A DNA stretch of 31,524 nucleotides from Candidatus Sericytochromatia bacterium (GCA_040400605.1 JBBAPZ010000028.1:1-31524), one strand, 5' to 3'. Shown: positions 1-8,891, counted from the stretch's first letter. A program made the numbers and translations. The notes: a model not told the origin generated them from the letters alone.

Positions 1-67
1 AGCGCCTAATGATCCAGCCATGCGCCTTTCAGTTGCCTGGGGCGAAATCTCTGGTGACAGGGGTGGC

Positions 68-259
68 GTAAGAATGGCGCAGCAAGCGCAAACTGCGGAT
101 CGAACGCGGCGTTGTCCCCTCATGTCTGTGCGATTGCCCCGGGAAATGATTCGTGGCGCTTGGTTATATTCGTTTGCTGGACGACGGTCGATGGTCTTAC
201 TCGAAATCCGTGTTTTCAACTTTGCATTTTGCTGTGATGGATTGTCTCAGGTGCATGAC
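68..259 (+). repeat. Dispersed intergenic element, copy 1
   Basis: 68-174 aligns with the reverse complement of 13027-13136 (about 87/110 by hand; 68-96 matches 28/29). 246-259 matches 12923-12936. Ends 78-92 and 221-236 are imperfectly self-complementary. Confidence 0.8.
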
Positions 260-366
260 GGTGCTGGTTTCAATTGCGACCGGATGTGTTGTTCCGGTTG
301 CCACACTGGGTATATCCAAGGGGTAATTGGTCTAGACGAGTCGTATTGAAGTGGGAGCAACGTGCC

Positions 367-1236
367 ATGGATACTCGGAAAAACCCAGGTTCGAATGAGG
401 GTGAGTTCGTTTTCGATTACGAAGGTGAGGAAAGCGAACTGGCGCTTGACGATGACAAGGTGCCGGGTGCCGGGCAAACCGAGGGCGTTCCGGCAGGTGG
501 GGAGCGCAAGGCGCCGCCTGTGAAAAAACTGGTGCCGATTGCGTTGTTATCGAGTGCGTTGATTCTGGTAGGCGCGGTTTGGTTTGTGGCGCCTGACATG
601 TTGCCGGGAGCGGAATTGGTGTCGGGACTGATGGGTTCTGAGGAGGTGACAGAGGACGCGGCGGTGGTGGAAGAGCCTGCGGCAGAACCTGTGGCGCAGC
701 CCCCGACGGCGAAGCCCGCCAAGCGCAGGCCCGCGGTTCCGCCACAGACGGCGCAGGCGCCGCGCGATCCAGACGCGGGCGAGTCGTCAAAAACGGGTGC
801 TCAGGCGGCAAAATTGGGGAACAAGCCGACAAAGGCATCACCGGTATCGAAATCAGCTAAGGGTTCGGACCGGGCGGCGACTGCAGCCAGGCAAGCGGCA
901 CCGGAGCGAACTGTTGTGCCAGCGGGCGCCCAGAAGCCCCAGAGCGCGACGGTGGTTCAGTTTGCGCCGGGGAGCAAATGGGTTGCGGCGCGTGAGGTTG
1001 AGAAATTGTGGTCATTTTCGACTGGGCTGGGCAAGCAGGGGGCCGTCTTGCAGATTGAGGCCGTTCCGGGAGCAGAGCGGGGTGGCGTGCAGTTGGCTCA
1101 GGAACGGGCTGAACGTGTCGCGTCGATGCTGCGTCGCAATAATCAGAATCGTGCGTTGCAAGTGACGGTGAGAATTGGGGCGGCTGATACGCGAGGTGGT
1201 CCGCGGGTGGTGGTGTCATCGTTGAGAAAGCTTTAA
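367..1236 (+). CDS. Single-pass membrane protein with Pro/Ala/Lys-rich linker and degenerate OmpA/MotB-like C-terminal domain
   Basis: ATG 367 after GGAG; acidic N-terminus; TM segment LVPIALLSSALILVGAVWFVA; C-terminal VVQFAPGS...LAQERAERVASML resembles the OmpA_C pattern. Confidence 0.7.
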   Translation: MDTRKNPGSNEGEFVFDYEGEESELALDDDKVPGAGQTEGVPAGGERKAPPVKKLVPIALLSSALILVGAVWFVAPDMLPGAELVSGLMGSEEVTEDAAVVEEPAAEPVAQPPTAKPAKRRPAVPPQTAQAPRDPDAGESSKTGAQAAKLGNKPTKASPVSKSAKGSDRAATAARQAAPERTVVPAGAQKPQSATVVQFAPGSKWVAAREVEKLWSFSTGLGKQGAVLQIEAVPGAERGGVQLAQERAERVASMLRRNNQNRALQVTVRIGAADTRGGPRVVVSSLRKL

Positions 1237-1243
1237 GCCGCTG

Positions 1244-2638
1244 ATGATTCGCCTGAGCATCTATAAGCGCAATGAGCCGCAGCGATTGCTGTTCAGCCAC
1301 GAGTCCGTTGAGAATGACTGGCGACAGACCGTTGAGCGAGCCTTGGGCGCAGGGGTGTCTTTGGCGGGAGCCAATATGGAAGCGTTTGAGCTAAGTGGTT
1401 TGCAAGCGCGGGGGGTTGACTGGACGGGTGTCAATTTGGCCCGTGCCAATTTGCACGGTGCGGATTTGAGCGGCGCCTGTCTGGTCAATGCTGAATTGGG
1501 GCGTGCTGATTTGGATTGGGCGATTTTGGATGGTGCCAATCTCACCGGTGCCTATTTGGGTGCTGCCGACCTCCAACATGCGTCGCTCGTTCGGGCGATC
1601 GCTCATCAGGCGGATTTCCAGCATAGCCGCCTGACGGGGGTCAATTGGGATCATGCAAACCTGTCAGGTGCCAACCTTGGTCATACTTCGCTTGCGGGCG
1701 CTGACTTGCGGGCTGTCAATCTCAGAGGCGCGAACCTTGTTTCAACCAATTTGAGTCGTTGCGTGCTGGATGGTGCCAATTTGGCCAACGCAAAACTTGA
1801 GAGCGCGTCTTTGTGTGGTGCGCGTCTCGATGGAACGAATTTACGCAACGTGATGGCTGAGGGAGCCGATTGGTCGGGTGCGCAGGTGATGCAGGCGGAT
1901 TTAACGGGTGCCAACCTCGCTCATTGCCAATTTGTCGGCGCACTGGTTGCTCGCTGTACCTTGCGCGGTGCGGTTTTGAGGGGAGCTTGCGCGCGTTGGG
2001 CCGACTTGTCGGAGTCCAATTTTTGCTTTGCGATTTTAACCCACTGCGATTTTTCCCATGCCGATTTGAGCTTGACGACATTTGCGACCGACGATCCCGG
2101 TCGCTCGGGTGTGCAAACGTACGCGCAAGGGGCGTGTTTCGAACATGCCAGGCTCTATGAAGCCGATCTCAGGTACGTGGATTTCACAGGTGCCAATTTC
2201 AATCACGCCCGAATGGTGCGTTGCGATTTGCGCTACGCACGCCTCAATCAAGGACTGTTCACGTTTGCGACGCTGAACGGTTCCAAACTGCGTGAGGCGC
2301 AGTTGCGGGAGGCTGTGATGCAACGCTGTGCACTGCGCCGGGTGGATCTTTCGCACGCGGATTTGAGCCATGCCGTGTTGATGGAGGCTGATTTAAAAGG
2401 GGCCGATTTAAGTGGGGCCCAGTTTTTTCATACGGATCTACGTAAGGCCAATTTGGGCGGCGCTGAGCTCTTTTTCGCCAACTTTCAGCATGCTGATCTC
2501 ACAGAAGCCTATCTTGGCGACACCAATTCGGAAGGCACCGATTTTTGTCAGGCCATTTTCAGTAACACCCAACAAACACCGGGTGTCAGTTCGTTGGGTA
2601 TCTCGGCGCAATTTCCGGGCCGAATGGACGGCAGATGA
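1244..2638 (+). CDS. Pentapeptide repeat protein
   Basis: About 400 aa of A(D/N)Lxx repeats after a short non-repeat N-terminal domain; starts 7 nt after the upstream stop. Confidence 0.95.
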   Translation: MIRLSIYKRNEPQRLLFSHESVENDWRQTVERALGAGVSLAGANMEAFELSGLQARGVDWTGVNLARANLHGADLSGACLVNAELGRADLDWAILDGANLTGAYLGAADLQHASLVRAIAHQADFQHSRLTGVNWDHANLSGANLGHTSLAGADLRAVNLRGANLVSTNLSRCVLDGANLANAKLESASLCGARLDGTNLRNVMAEGADWSGAQVMQADLTGANLAHCQFVGALVARCTLRGAVLRGACARWADLSESNFCFAILTHCDFSHADLSLTTFATDDPGRSGVQTYAQGACFEHARLYEADLRYVDFTGANFNHARMVRCDLRYARLNQGLFTFATLNGSKLREAQLREAVMQRCALRRVDLSHADLSHAVLMEADLKGADLSGAQFFHTDLRKANLGGAELFFANFQHADLTEAYLGDTNSEGTDFCQAIFSNTQQTPGVSSLGISAQFPGRMDGR

Positions 2639-2702
2639 ACGCCAGACACGATACAATGCCATCGTGTGAGAACGCTTAATTATCGCTGATGAGGACTAGC
2701 CC

Positions 2703-3644
2703 GTGCGTGATCGGATATCCGCTGACAATGGCTTACTTTGTCGTGCCTGGGTTTTGGGTGTGCTTGGCGTGAGTCTTTGGGTGTCTCCGGCTGCTGCCCG
2801 ACGTGGCGCGGCGGACCCGCAGCGTCAGGTGGCACGCGCAAACACCCCGGTGGTTTTGCTCGCCGCGGGGGATATCGCGTCCGATGGACCGGGTGCTGCG
2901 CGCACGGCAGCCATCGTGGCGAAAACCCCCGGTATGATTGCCGCGTTGGGGGACCTGGCTTATCCCGACGGGGGACAGCGCGAATTTGATGCATACTGGC
3001 AACCCACTTGGGGGCCTTTTAAAAACCGTATCCGGCCAGCTGTTGGCAACCACGAGTATCATACCCCGGGTGCTGGCGCCTATTTTGATTATTTTGGTTT
3101 GCTTGCCGGGCATCGTGAACAGGGCTGGTATGCTTACGACATGGGGAGCGCTTGGCGTGCGATCGTGTTGAATTCCAATGCGCACGAGGTGGGTGGTTGT
3201 GACCCATCCAGTCCTCAATACCGTTGGTTGAGTCGTGAATTGACTCAACATGCGCGCAAGAATGTGGTTGCATATTGGCATCATCCCGTTTTTAGCAGCG
3301 GTGCCCACGGCGATGCACCGTGGATGCGACCGATTTGGTCGCTGCTGGTCGAGCGTGGGGCTGACGTTGTGCTGGCAGGGCATGATCATGGGTACGAGCG
3401 CTTCGAACCGATGGATGGGGCTGGCTTGCGGGATGATCGGCGCGGTTTGCGCTCTTGGGTGGTGGGCACGGGTGGGGCCAGTTATCGACCGTTTATCTTT
3501 CCGCCACGTGATACCAGTGCCGTGCGTCAAGCAGGGACCTTTGGCATTTTGAAACTCAATTTGTTTGCCAAACATATTGAATGGGATTTTCTGGCAGAAG
3601 GAGGCTCTGCTTTTCGCGATACCGGTGCGGCAGCTGTGCGTTGA
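2703..3644 (+). CDS. Secreted metallophosphoesterase (calcineurin-like / purple acid phosphatase type)
   Basis: Motifs AAGD, GDLAY, GNHEY, HHP, GHDH; hydrophobic signal-like N-terminus. Confidence 0.92.
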   Translation: MRDRISADNGLLCRAWVLGVLGVSLWVSPAAARRGAADPQRQVARANTPVVLLAAGDIASDGPGAARTAAIVAKTPGMIAALGDLAYPDGGQREFDAYWQPTWGPFKNRIRPAVGNHEYHTPGAGAYFDYFGLLAGHREQGWYAYDMGSAWRAIVLNSNAHEVGGCDPSSPQYRWLSRELTQHARKNVVAYWHHPVFSSGAHGDAPWMRPIWSLLVERGADVVLAGHDHGYERFEPMDGAGLRDDRRGLRSWVVGTGGASYRPFIFPPRDTSAVRQAGTFGILKLNLFAKHIEWDFLAEGGSAFRDTGAAAVR

Positions 3645-3725
3645 AAATAAACTGTCTCGTGACCCCTTGATTGTTGGAAATGTTTGCACCTCCCCCCATT
3701 TTGACTGGTGGGGGAGAGTAAGAAC

Positions 3726-5159
3726 ATGGTGTCTATGACGGGTGTGGCCAATCGTCAGCAACCGGAAGCGGCCTTTGAGTGGTCGCTGACAACAGCCATT
3801 GCAACAATCGCCCGTGTTCGTTGGGTTTTTGTTTTTCTGGCATTTTTCTATTCTCTGCTAACCGCTTATTTCGTGCCCCAATGGCCGGCGGCGATTGGCG
3901 TTCCGCGTTGGCTTTTTGCCTTTGGACTTCCGACGGCTTTAGCAATCTATACGGGTTTTATTCACTTAGGGAATCGTCGCGGGTACATCGCGCCACAACT
4001 GGTTGTTCAGTTGGCATTGTTTGGCGATCTGGTGTTTGCGACGGTCGCTCTGGTGGGGACCTTTGGTATTGTGAGTGGGATGTGGGCCTTATATGTGTTA
4101 ATCACACTCGAAGCGGCCTACCTCACCGGCCAATTGCGCATCACGGCCGGTGTGGCATCGCTTGCGACAGGCTTGTATTCGGCCGTGGTGCTATCCGAAT
4201 GGGACTTTATGACCATCTCGGGTTTTAAAAACCTGAGCGGGCAAGCTCCTTCAGCCATTTGGGTTGATTTTTCACTTTGGTACGAATTGCTGAGCATCTT
4301 GTGGATGGCACTCATGCAAGTGGGAACAATCGTGCTGAGTGTTATGGTGCTTGGGCAGCGGGAGCGCTACCACGCGCGTTTGTTTCAAATGTACCAGCAA
4401 CTGGATCAGCAACTCGCAGCGCTGCGGCAATTGGATCGCCTTAAAAACAGCTTCTTGAGCACCGTTTCGCACGAACTGCGCACCCCACTCACGATCCTGC
4501 AAGGGTGCCAGGAGTTGCTTGGCGAGCAAAACGGTGTCAGCCAGACTGCCGAGTATTACATTGAAGAAAGCCGCAAGGCAACCGCTTTGCTTGCGAAACG
4601 TGTCAATCTGATGCTGGCTTATACGACACTGGCAAGCGGAGAAGAGACACTCGTTTATGACGACTTCAATCCTGGCGAGTTGTTTCAGTATGTCACGAGT
4701 CAGCAGCAAGGCAGTTTGATGCGTGCACGCATGACCCTGCATTGCGCGGCGAGCCCATCTGTGTATTTTTACGGAGATCGTGCGTGGTTAACCGAGGCGC
4801 TCAATCAACTGGTGCTCAATGCCATTCAGGCAGGAGCACCGGGTGGTCGAATTTGGCTGGATGCCAGCGCGGATGCGGATTGCGACCGCCTCTTGGTGAG
4901 TGATGACGGCCCCGGGCTGCCGCCAGCCATTCGCCAACAATTCGGAGAGCCTTTCGCCCAAGTCGACTGGCGACTGACGGAACACGCACCCGGCTTGGGC
5001 TTGGGGCTGGCATTCGCCAAACTGGTCTCGTTGGCCCATCGTGGCCAACTGGGTTTTCGCGATCGACCACAAGGCGGAACCGTGATCATCATGAGCCTTC
5101 CGCACAAGTCCCCTGCAACCACCGGGACATTGCACCCAAATGCTTTGCCGTCATCGTGA
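3726..5159 (+). CDS. Multi-TM sensor histidine kinase (HisKA + HATPase)
   Basis: H-box SHELRTPL, N-box NQLVLNA, G1 DDGPG, G2 GLGLGL; about 6 TM helices; ATG 3726 after GGAGAG. Confidence 0.93.
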   Translation: MVSMTGVANRQQPEAAFEWSLTTAIATIARVRWVFVFLAFFYSLLTAYFVPQWPAAIGVPRWLFAFGLPTALAIYTGFIHLGNRRGYIAPQLVVQLALFGDLVFATVALVGTFGIVSGMWALYVLITLEAAYLTGQLRITAGVASLATGLYSAVVLSEWDFMTISGFKNLSGQAPSAIWVDFSLWYELLSILWMALMQVGTIVLSVMVLGQRERYHARLFQMYQQLDQQLAALRQLDRLKNSFLSTVSHELRTPLTILQGCQELLGEQNGVSQTAEYYIEESRKATALLAKRVNLMLAYTTLASGEETLVYDDFNPGELFQYVTSQQQGSLMRARMTLHCAASPSVYFYGDRAWLTEALNQLVLNAIQAGAPGGRIWLDASADADCDRLLVSDDGPGLPPAIRQQFGEPFAQVDWRLTEHAPGLGLGLAFAKLVSLAHRGQLGFRDRPQGGTVIIMSLPHKSPATTGTLHPNALPSS

Positions 5160-5258
5160 TCGGCTTGAAAAGCTTTTAAACAGCGCTTGATCTGTCAGCG
5201 CGCGCAAGCGCTGAAATTATTCAAAGCTTTTGTCGATGCTGGTGGTTAAGACTGAATT

Positions 5259-5298
5259 AAAAAGGCTCTGCAAACATCTAAAAATGCTTGCAAAGCCT
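5259..5298 (-). terminator. Intrinsic terminator of the Cys-rich barrel gene
   Basis: Minus strand AGGCTTTGCAAGCAT/ATGTTTGCAGAGCCT 15-bp stem with two G-U pairs, then a T run. Confidence 0.8.
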
Positions 5299-5331
5299 CA
5301 CGCTCACGGGCCAAATGGTGCCGCTAACGTT

Positions 5332-6222
5332 TTATTTCGCTGATTGGGAAGCACCTTTGAAGGCGTAACGGAGACCCACGGTGTACCCGCCGAACTCGTT
5401 TTGTGCAGAGCTCATGAGATACGTGCCCACCAGGCCATAGCTGACGTCGCAGTGCTTGTAACTCAGTTCGAGCCGCGGCTCAACCGTCCAGATTGGACGC
5501 GCTTGCAGCACGCTGTCTACGCCACTGACCGTACCGGAGCGCAGCATGACACCGCCGCCGAGCAAAGCGCCGAGATCCGCACGGATGGCCCCGACATTCG
5601 TTCCCACGCGCGGCATGGCACCCCAATAAGACGCCACCCACGGAAGGCCTGACGCCTGTTGCAACTGAACTGCCGTATTCGAGCCAAAGCCCAGCGAGAA
5701 CCAGTCAGTCAGGCGCTTGGCACGCCCCATGCCAAAAATGACGAACTGGTTGTTGGCACCACCCAAGGCCGGCAAATACCGCACTTCGCGCCCCTTCATC
5801 TTGGTGCCGCCGACTTTCCAACCTTTCTTGCCATCCTCTGAAGACTCGCAGGCAGCCGAGTCACACGAACCACCGTCGCACGAACCGCCTTTGTCGCTAT
5901 CACAGCTGCCTGACTCGCAACCATCTTTGTCACAGTTTGACGAAGATTTCGTCTCTTCTTGGGTCGCCTCAGACTTTGGGGCATTTGCTGCGGACATGCC
6001 ACAACCGCCTGCGCTTTCACACGCCGCTTTATCTTCGCCCTCACAACAGGCTGCTTCCGCTTTCTTTGGTTCTGCCTTTTTTTGCTGAACCGGTGCCTGT
6101 TTGACGGCACCAGCAGCCTTGCCGGGGGCGGCCGTCGCCTTGGATTCCGCCGCATTCGCGGCCGCTGTCAACATCATCCACGCCGTCAGACATGATACCG
6201 AAAGACGAGAAAATGCTTGCAT
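5332..6222 (-). CDS. Exported protein: signal peptide, 10-Cys acidic region, predicted outer-membrane beta-barrel C-terminus
   Basis: ATG 6222 with AAGGAGG; signal ending AANA; Cys clusters encoded at 5848-6048; amphipathic strands ending YTVGLRYAF. Confidence 0.8.
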   Translation of the reverse strand: MQAFSRLSVSCLTAWMMLTAAANAAESKATAAPGKAAGAVKQAPVQQKKAEPKKAEAACCEGEDKAACESAGGCGMSAANAPKSEATQEETKSSSNCDKDGCESGSCDSDKGGSCDGGSCDSAACESSEDGKKGWKVGGTKMKGREVRYLPALGGANNQFVIFGMGRAKRLTDWFSLGFGSNTAVQLQQASGLPWVASYWGAMPRVGTNVGAIRADLGALLGGGVMLRSGTVSGVDSVLQARPIWTVEPRLELSYKHCDVSYGLVGTYLMSSAQNEFGGYTVGLRYAFKGASQSAK

Positions 6223-6280
6223 CAATTTTCCTCCTTGAACGCTTGTACAACGCCTTATCCAAGCATTATACCGCACCAGC

Positions 6281-6315
6281 AAAAAAGCACCCTTTCCACA
6301 GTGGGAAAAGGTGCT
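6281..6315 (-). terminator. Intrinsic terminator about 60 nt upstream of the Cys-rich barrel start codon
   Basis: Minus strand AGCACCTTTTCCCACTGTGGAAAGGGTGCTTTTTT: long stem with a G-U pair and T6. Confidence 0.8.
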
Positions 6316-6475
6316 GACGGACAACGGATTCACGGAGTGGCCCTGGCATTCAGCCAGACTCTCCAAGATGATAGCCACGCGGTGGGGCAGCTAAGGAAGG
6401 AACCAATGACAGACCGGACCCTTGCCAAAGACCGGGGCAGCGGTATCTGGTGGGACTAAGGACCTGCTATGCAGA
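6281..6475 (-). ncRNA. Candidate structured RNA (leader or sRNA), family not recognised
   Basis: Several adjacent hairpins (CTGC/GCAG, TGCC/GGCA, TAGC-CCAC/GTGG-GCTA, GGAG-CTGGC/GCCAG-CTCC) ending in a terminator. Confidence 0.3.
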
Positions 6476-6593
6476 AACCCTTTGATTGCTGCTCAAATTT
6501 TGACTGGTCTTCAATAACAACGAGTCAGTGCTTGATGGTTTGAGTTTGCCACTCAAGTTTTGAACAAAATCCTATGTGTCGCTGGATGGCCAG

Positions 6594-6630
6594 CTTGGCA
6601 GTGGGTGCTCCAGCACCATCTCCTGCCAAG
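6594..6630 (-). terminator. Hairpin directly after the EF-hand gene stop
   Basis: CTTGGCAG...CTGCCAAG outer and GGTGCT/AGCACC inner arms; no U tract. Confidence 0.45.
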
Positions 6631-6632
6631 GT

Positions 6633-7022
6633 TTAGAAGACGCCGAAACGGAACCAATTGGCAATGCGCTCGAACAATCCAATTTTTCCATCTCGATTGG
6701 AGTCGATGTAGTTGGCTGCGTAATTGGCGATGAGATCACGGTTGGTTACAACACCCAGTGGCGTGGTGCTGACAAAAAAGTCGCGCGCCCGCCCGACGAC
6801 TTCGGCTTGCGACACAAAAGGTATGTCAACCAATTCGATCACACCATTGCGATTGCGATCATAACGCGCCATCACGGCATCCGCATAACTGTAAGGGTCC
6901 TTGCCCATCAACGCACTTGGCACCACAGGCGCACCCGCACCGTAATAACTGCTCGCGCTGCCGCCATACTGCGGTGCACCCGCTCCCATCTGGTTATAAC
7001 TGCCGACATATCCGATGGACAC
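6633..7022 (-). CDS. Small EF-hand protein
   Basis: GTG with AAGGAGG; loops DRNRNGVIELVD and DSNRDGKIGLFE; Gly/Ser/Tyr-rich N-terminus without a Sec signal. Confidence 0.85.
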   Translation of the reverse strand: MSIGYVGSYNQMGAGAPQYGGSASSYYGAGAPVVPSALMGKDPYSYADAVMARYDRNRNGVIELVDIPFVSQAEVVGRARDFFVSTTPLGVVTNRDLIANYAANYIDSNRDGKIGLFERIANWFRFGVF

Positions 7023-7061
7023 TGGCCACCTCCTTTACGTGGGATTCACTTCACACTTGTC

Positions 7062-7088
7062 TTATCGGATGAGATGCCGGCCATTCGA
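7062..7088 (-). promoter_or_regulatory. Sigma28-like promoter
   Basis: Minus strand TCGA-N15-TCCGATAA versus consensus TAAA-N15-GCCGATAA, 40 nt upstream of the GTG. Confidence 0.45.
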
Positions 7089-7139
7089 GAAAGGATAGGC
7101 AAACCTTGCATTAAATTAACGTGAAGATTTTGCTTCGGA

Positions 7140-7168
7140 TTGCGCAATTGGCAATGAGTTGTTACAAT
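7140..7168 (+). promoter_or_regulatory. Sigma70-type promoter of the tRNA pair
   Basis: TTGCGC-N17-TACAAT with TGn extension. Confidence 0.7.
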
Positions 7169-7189
7169 AAATCACCTTTAGTGGAATTC

Positions 7190-7261
7190 GGCGGCATAGC
7201 CAAGTGGTAAGGCAGAGCTCTGCAAAAGCTCCATTCCCCGGTTCAAATCCGGGTGCCGCCT
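7190..7261 (+). tRNA. trnC: tRNA-Cys(GCA)
   Basis: Acceptor GGCGGCA/TGCCGCC, anticodon arm GAGCT-CTGCAAA-AGCTC, T arm GGTTCAAATCC; CCA not encoded. Confidence 0.97.
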
Positions 7262-7265
7262 CTAG

Positions 7266-7339
7266 GGGCGTATAGCTCAGTTGGTTAGAGCGCCACGTTG
7301 ACATCGTGGAGGTCACTGGTTCGAGTCCAGTTATGCCCA
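7266..7339 (+). tRNA. trnV: tRNA-Val(GAC)
   Basis: Acceptor GGGCGTA/TATGCCC, anticodon arm CCACG-TTGACAT-CGTGG, T arm GGTTCGAGTCC; CCA not encoded. Confidence 0.97.
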
Positions 7340-7346
7340 CTAACAG

Positions 7347-7379
7347 AAGCCGAGACCTTGTTTGGGTCTCGGCTTTTTT
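7347..7379 (+). terminator. Intrinsic terminator of the tRNA operon
   Basis: AAGCCGAGACC/GGTCTCGGCTT stem then T run. Confidence 0.9.
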
Positions 7380-7476
7380 CGAAATAGTACCGCTTTGAAA
7401 ACCGATTTTGTTTTGTCGAGAACGCCGACCATCGATTGGATAAACTGCTTGATGCCCGATTTGAGCGCACGGCGCA

Positions 7477-8367
7477 TCAGCCGGCTTGATCCAGCGCGGA
7501 CTGCTCGCGGGTCGGCAGGCTCCAGCGCACGTCCCAAGCCCATCCAAGTCGCTCGAAGCCACCGATCAACCAAGCGATGAAATCAAACTCAAACCAACGC
7601 ATTCCGGCACGGGCGAGTTGCGGTTTGGCGTGGTGATTGTTATGAAAGCCCTCCCCAAAGGTGAGGATGCCAAGCAAGAAACTGTTGCGGCTGTTATCCG
7701 GGGTATCAAAGTTGCGATAGCCGACAATATGGCAAAAGGTGTTGACGCACCAGGTCATATTGAGTGACAGCACGAGCGGGACATACAGGCACCACAGCGC
7801 GCCGCCTGGTCCCCACAGGGCGTACAGACCACTGCACAGGGCCGTGTTTAGCAGAATCTGCACATCCGAGGCACCAAGCACCCGGGTGAAGCGCGTTTGT
7901 TTGATGCCGTGCCCTGCGCGCACGAATTCCATCGTGCGATCGCCTGACTTCAACACCCAGCCAACATACGCGTGCCAGAAACCATCTCGCGGGCTGTGAA
8001 CATCGCCTGGCTGATCCGACTTCTGATGATGCACGCGGTGTTGCCCAGCCCACCAGAACGGACTCCGCATAAAGGTCAGGGCCGAACCGAACGCAAACAA
8101 AAACTGCAACGGCATCGCCATTTCAAAACTGCGATGGGCGAGATAACGATGCAGATAAAGTCCCGTTGACAACCCCATCCAAACGTAAAACAGGGCCATC
8201 ACCGGCAGGTAATGCCAATGGAACGGTTGAGTGAAAGCCAAGACTGCAAGCACGTGGAACGCGACAATATAGCCGAGGATTACGGGCCCTTTGTTGAAAA
8301 GGTCACGAAACTGCCTGAACCTGGAGCGATGGGTGGGCTGGGTACTTGGCGTGTCATTCGTCGTCAT
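7477..8367 (-). CDS. Membrane fatty-acid desaturase, delta-9 type (DesC/OLE1-like)
   Basis: His boxes HRYLAH, HRVHH and GEGFHNNHH; DVHSP; VNTFCH. Confidence 0.93.
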   Translation of the reverse strand: MTTNDTPSTQPTHRSRFRQFRDLFNKGPVILGYIVAFHVLAVLAFTQPFHWHYLPVMALFYVWMGLSTGLYLHRYLAHRSFEMAMPLQFLFAFGSALTFMRSPFWWAGQHRVHHQKSDQPGDVHSPRDGFWHAYVGWVLKSGDRTMEFVRAGHGIKQTRFTRVLGASDVQILLNTALCSGLYALWGPGGALWCLYVPLVLSLNMTWCVNTFCHIVGYRNFDTPDNSRNSFLLGILTFGEGFHNNHHAKPQLARAGMRWFEFDFIAWLIGGFERLGWAWDVRWSLPTREQSALDQAG

Positions 8368-8780
8368 CAAAATCGTCCCAACTTTTTGCTTTGATCAGGT
8401 TGCCTACCAGTTTGTCTTTTGGAATGCGCTTGATTTGCCGGGCGCCGTTATAGATGAAGAGCAAGGCACCACTCGGCTCGAACACCGGGTTGTAGGGATC
8501 CTGCAACTGATCATCGACACCGATTCCATTAAAGATCACGCCGCCATTTCCTGCAATGATGCGGAATTCATCATTGATGGGATCGTAACTGACAATGGGA
8601 TTGGCGCTGCCATCACCCAAGCGCCGGGTCGAATCCGATGGCCAAATTTGACGGGTTGCCCGGTATGTTCAATACCCCGTTTTCGGTGGGTGCTTGCCCG
8701 GGTGTCAGTTCAAACAAAAAGAGGCTTTCATCGGACCCGCTCGGGTCGCTTGATGCTGCAAATGGTACAACATTGGCCAA
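8354..8780 (-). pseudogene. Frameshifted C-terminal fragment of an NHL/beta-propeller protein
   Basis: IIAGNGGVIFNGIGVDDQLQDPYNPVFEPSGALLFIYNGARQIK aligns with TIAGVGTSLLSAETGNDALGLPIGMLVDDSGRLIIADVLNNQIK of the 21407 gene; frame change near 8613-8620. Confidence 0.6.
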
Positions 8781-8891
8781 CGCTTGCGTTGCTGTGCGTT
8801 GAAGCACTGCATCGGACGAGGTGGGTGTGGTTGACTGAACCCTGCCAGGTTTGGGGCGATCGCAGAATTGATGGTTTGAGTAGGGCGTGGT

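Noticed and set aside
68..96. 29-bp repeat as a CRISPR repeat
   Set aside because: Copies are kilobases apart, in mixed orientation, with no spacer array or cas genes.
62..97. Minus-frame LRHSYAT resembling tyrosine recombinase box II
   Set aside because: No preceding His or following LLGH; copy 2 reads LRHPYI. Unsupported without a search.
2733..3761. Long antisense ORFs (also 8613-9455, 8728-9567, 10398-11243, 14514-15212, 23427-24266, 27406-28602)
   Set aside because: Mostly shadows of well-supported genes on the other strand, with no motifs.
3726..5159. Kinase as Hik33/NblS, the RpaB partner
   Set aside because: No HAMP or PAS region between the TM segments and the H-box.
6223..6378. 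Longer N-termini from the ORF track (also starts 274, 11637, 18816, 21383, 25991)
   Set aside because: Downstream starts have better RBS and put signal peptides or TM segments in the expected place; this one would cross a terminator.
6320..6475. Known RNA families (c-di-GMP-I, c-di-AMP, NiCo, cobalamin, 6S, SRP)
   Set aside because: Only short partial matches, some on the wrong strand; core conserved motifs are absent.
7190..7339. tRNA as an island integration site
   Set aside because: No duplicated tRNA 3' end or integrase seen in the window.
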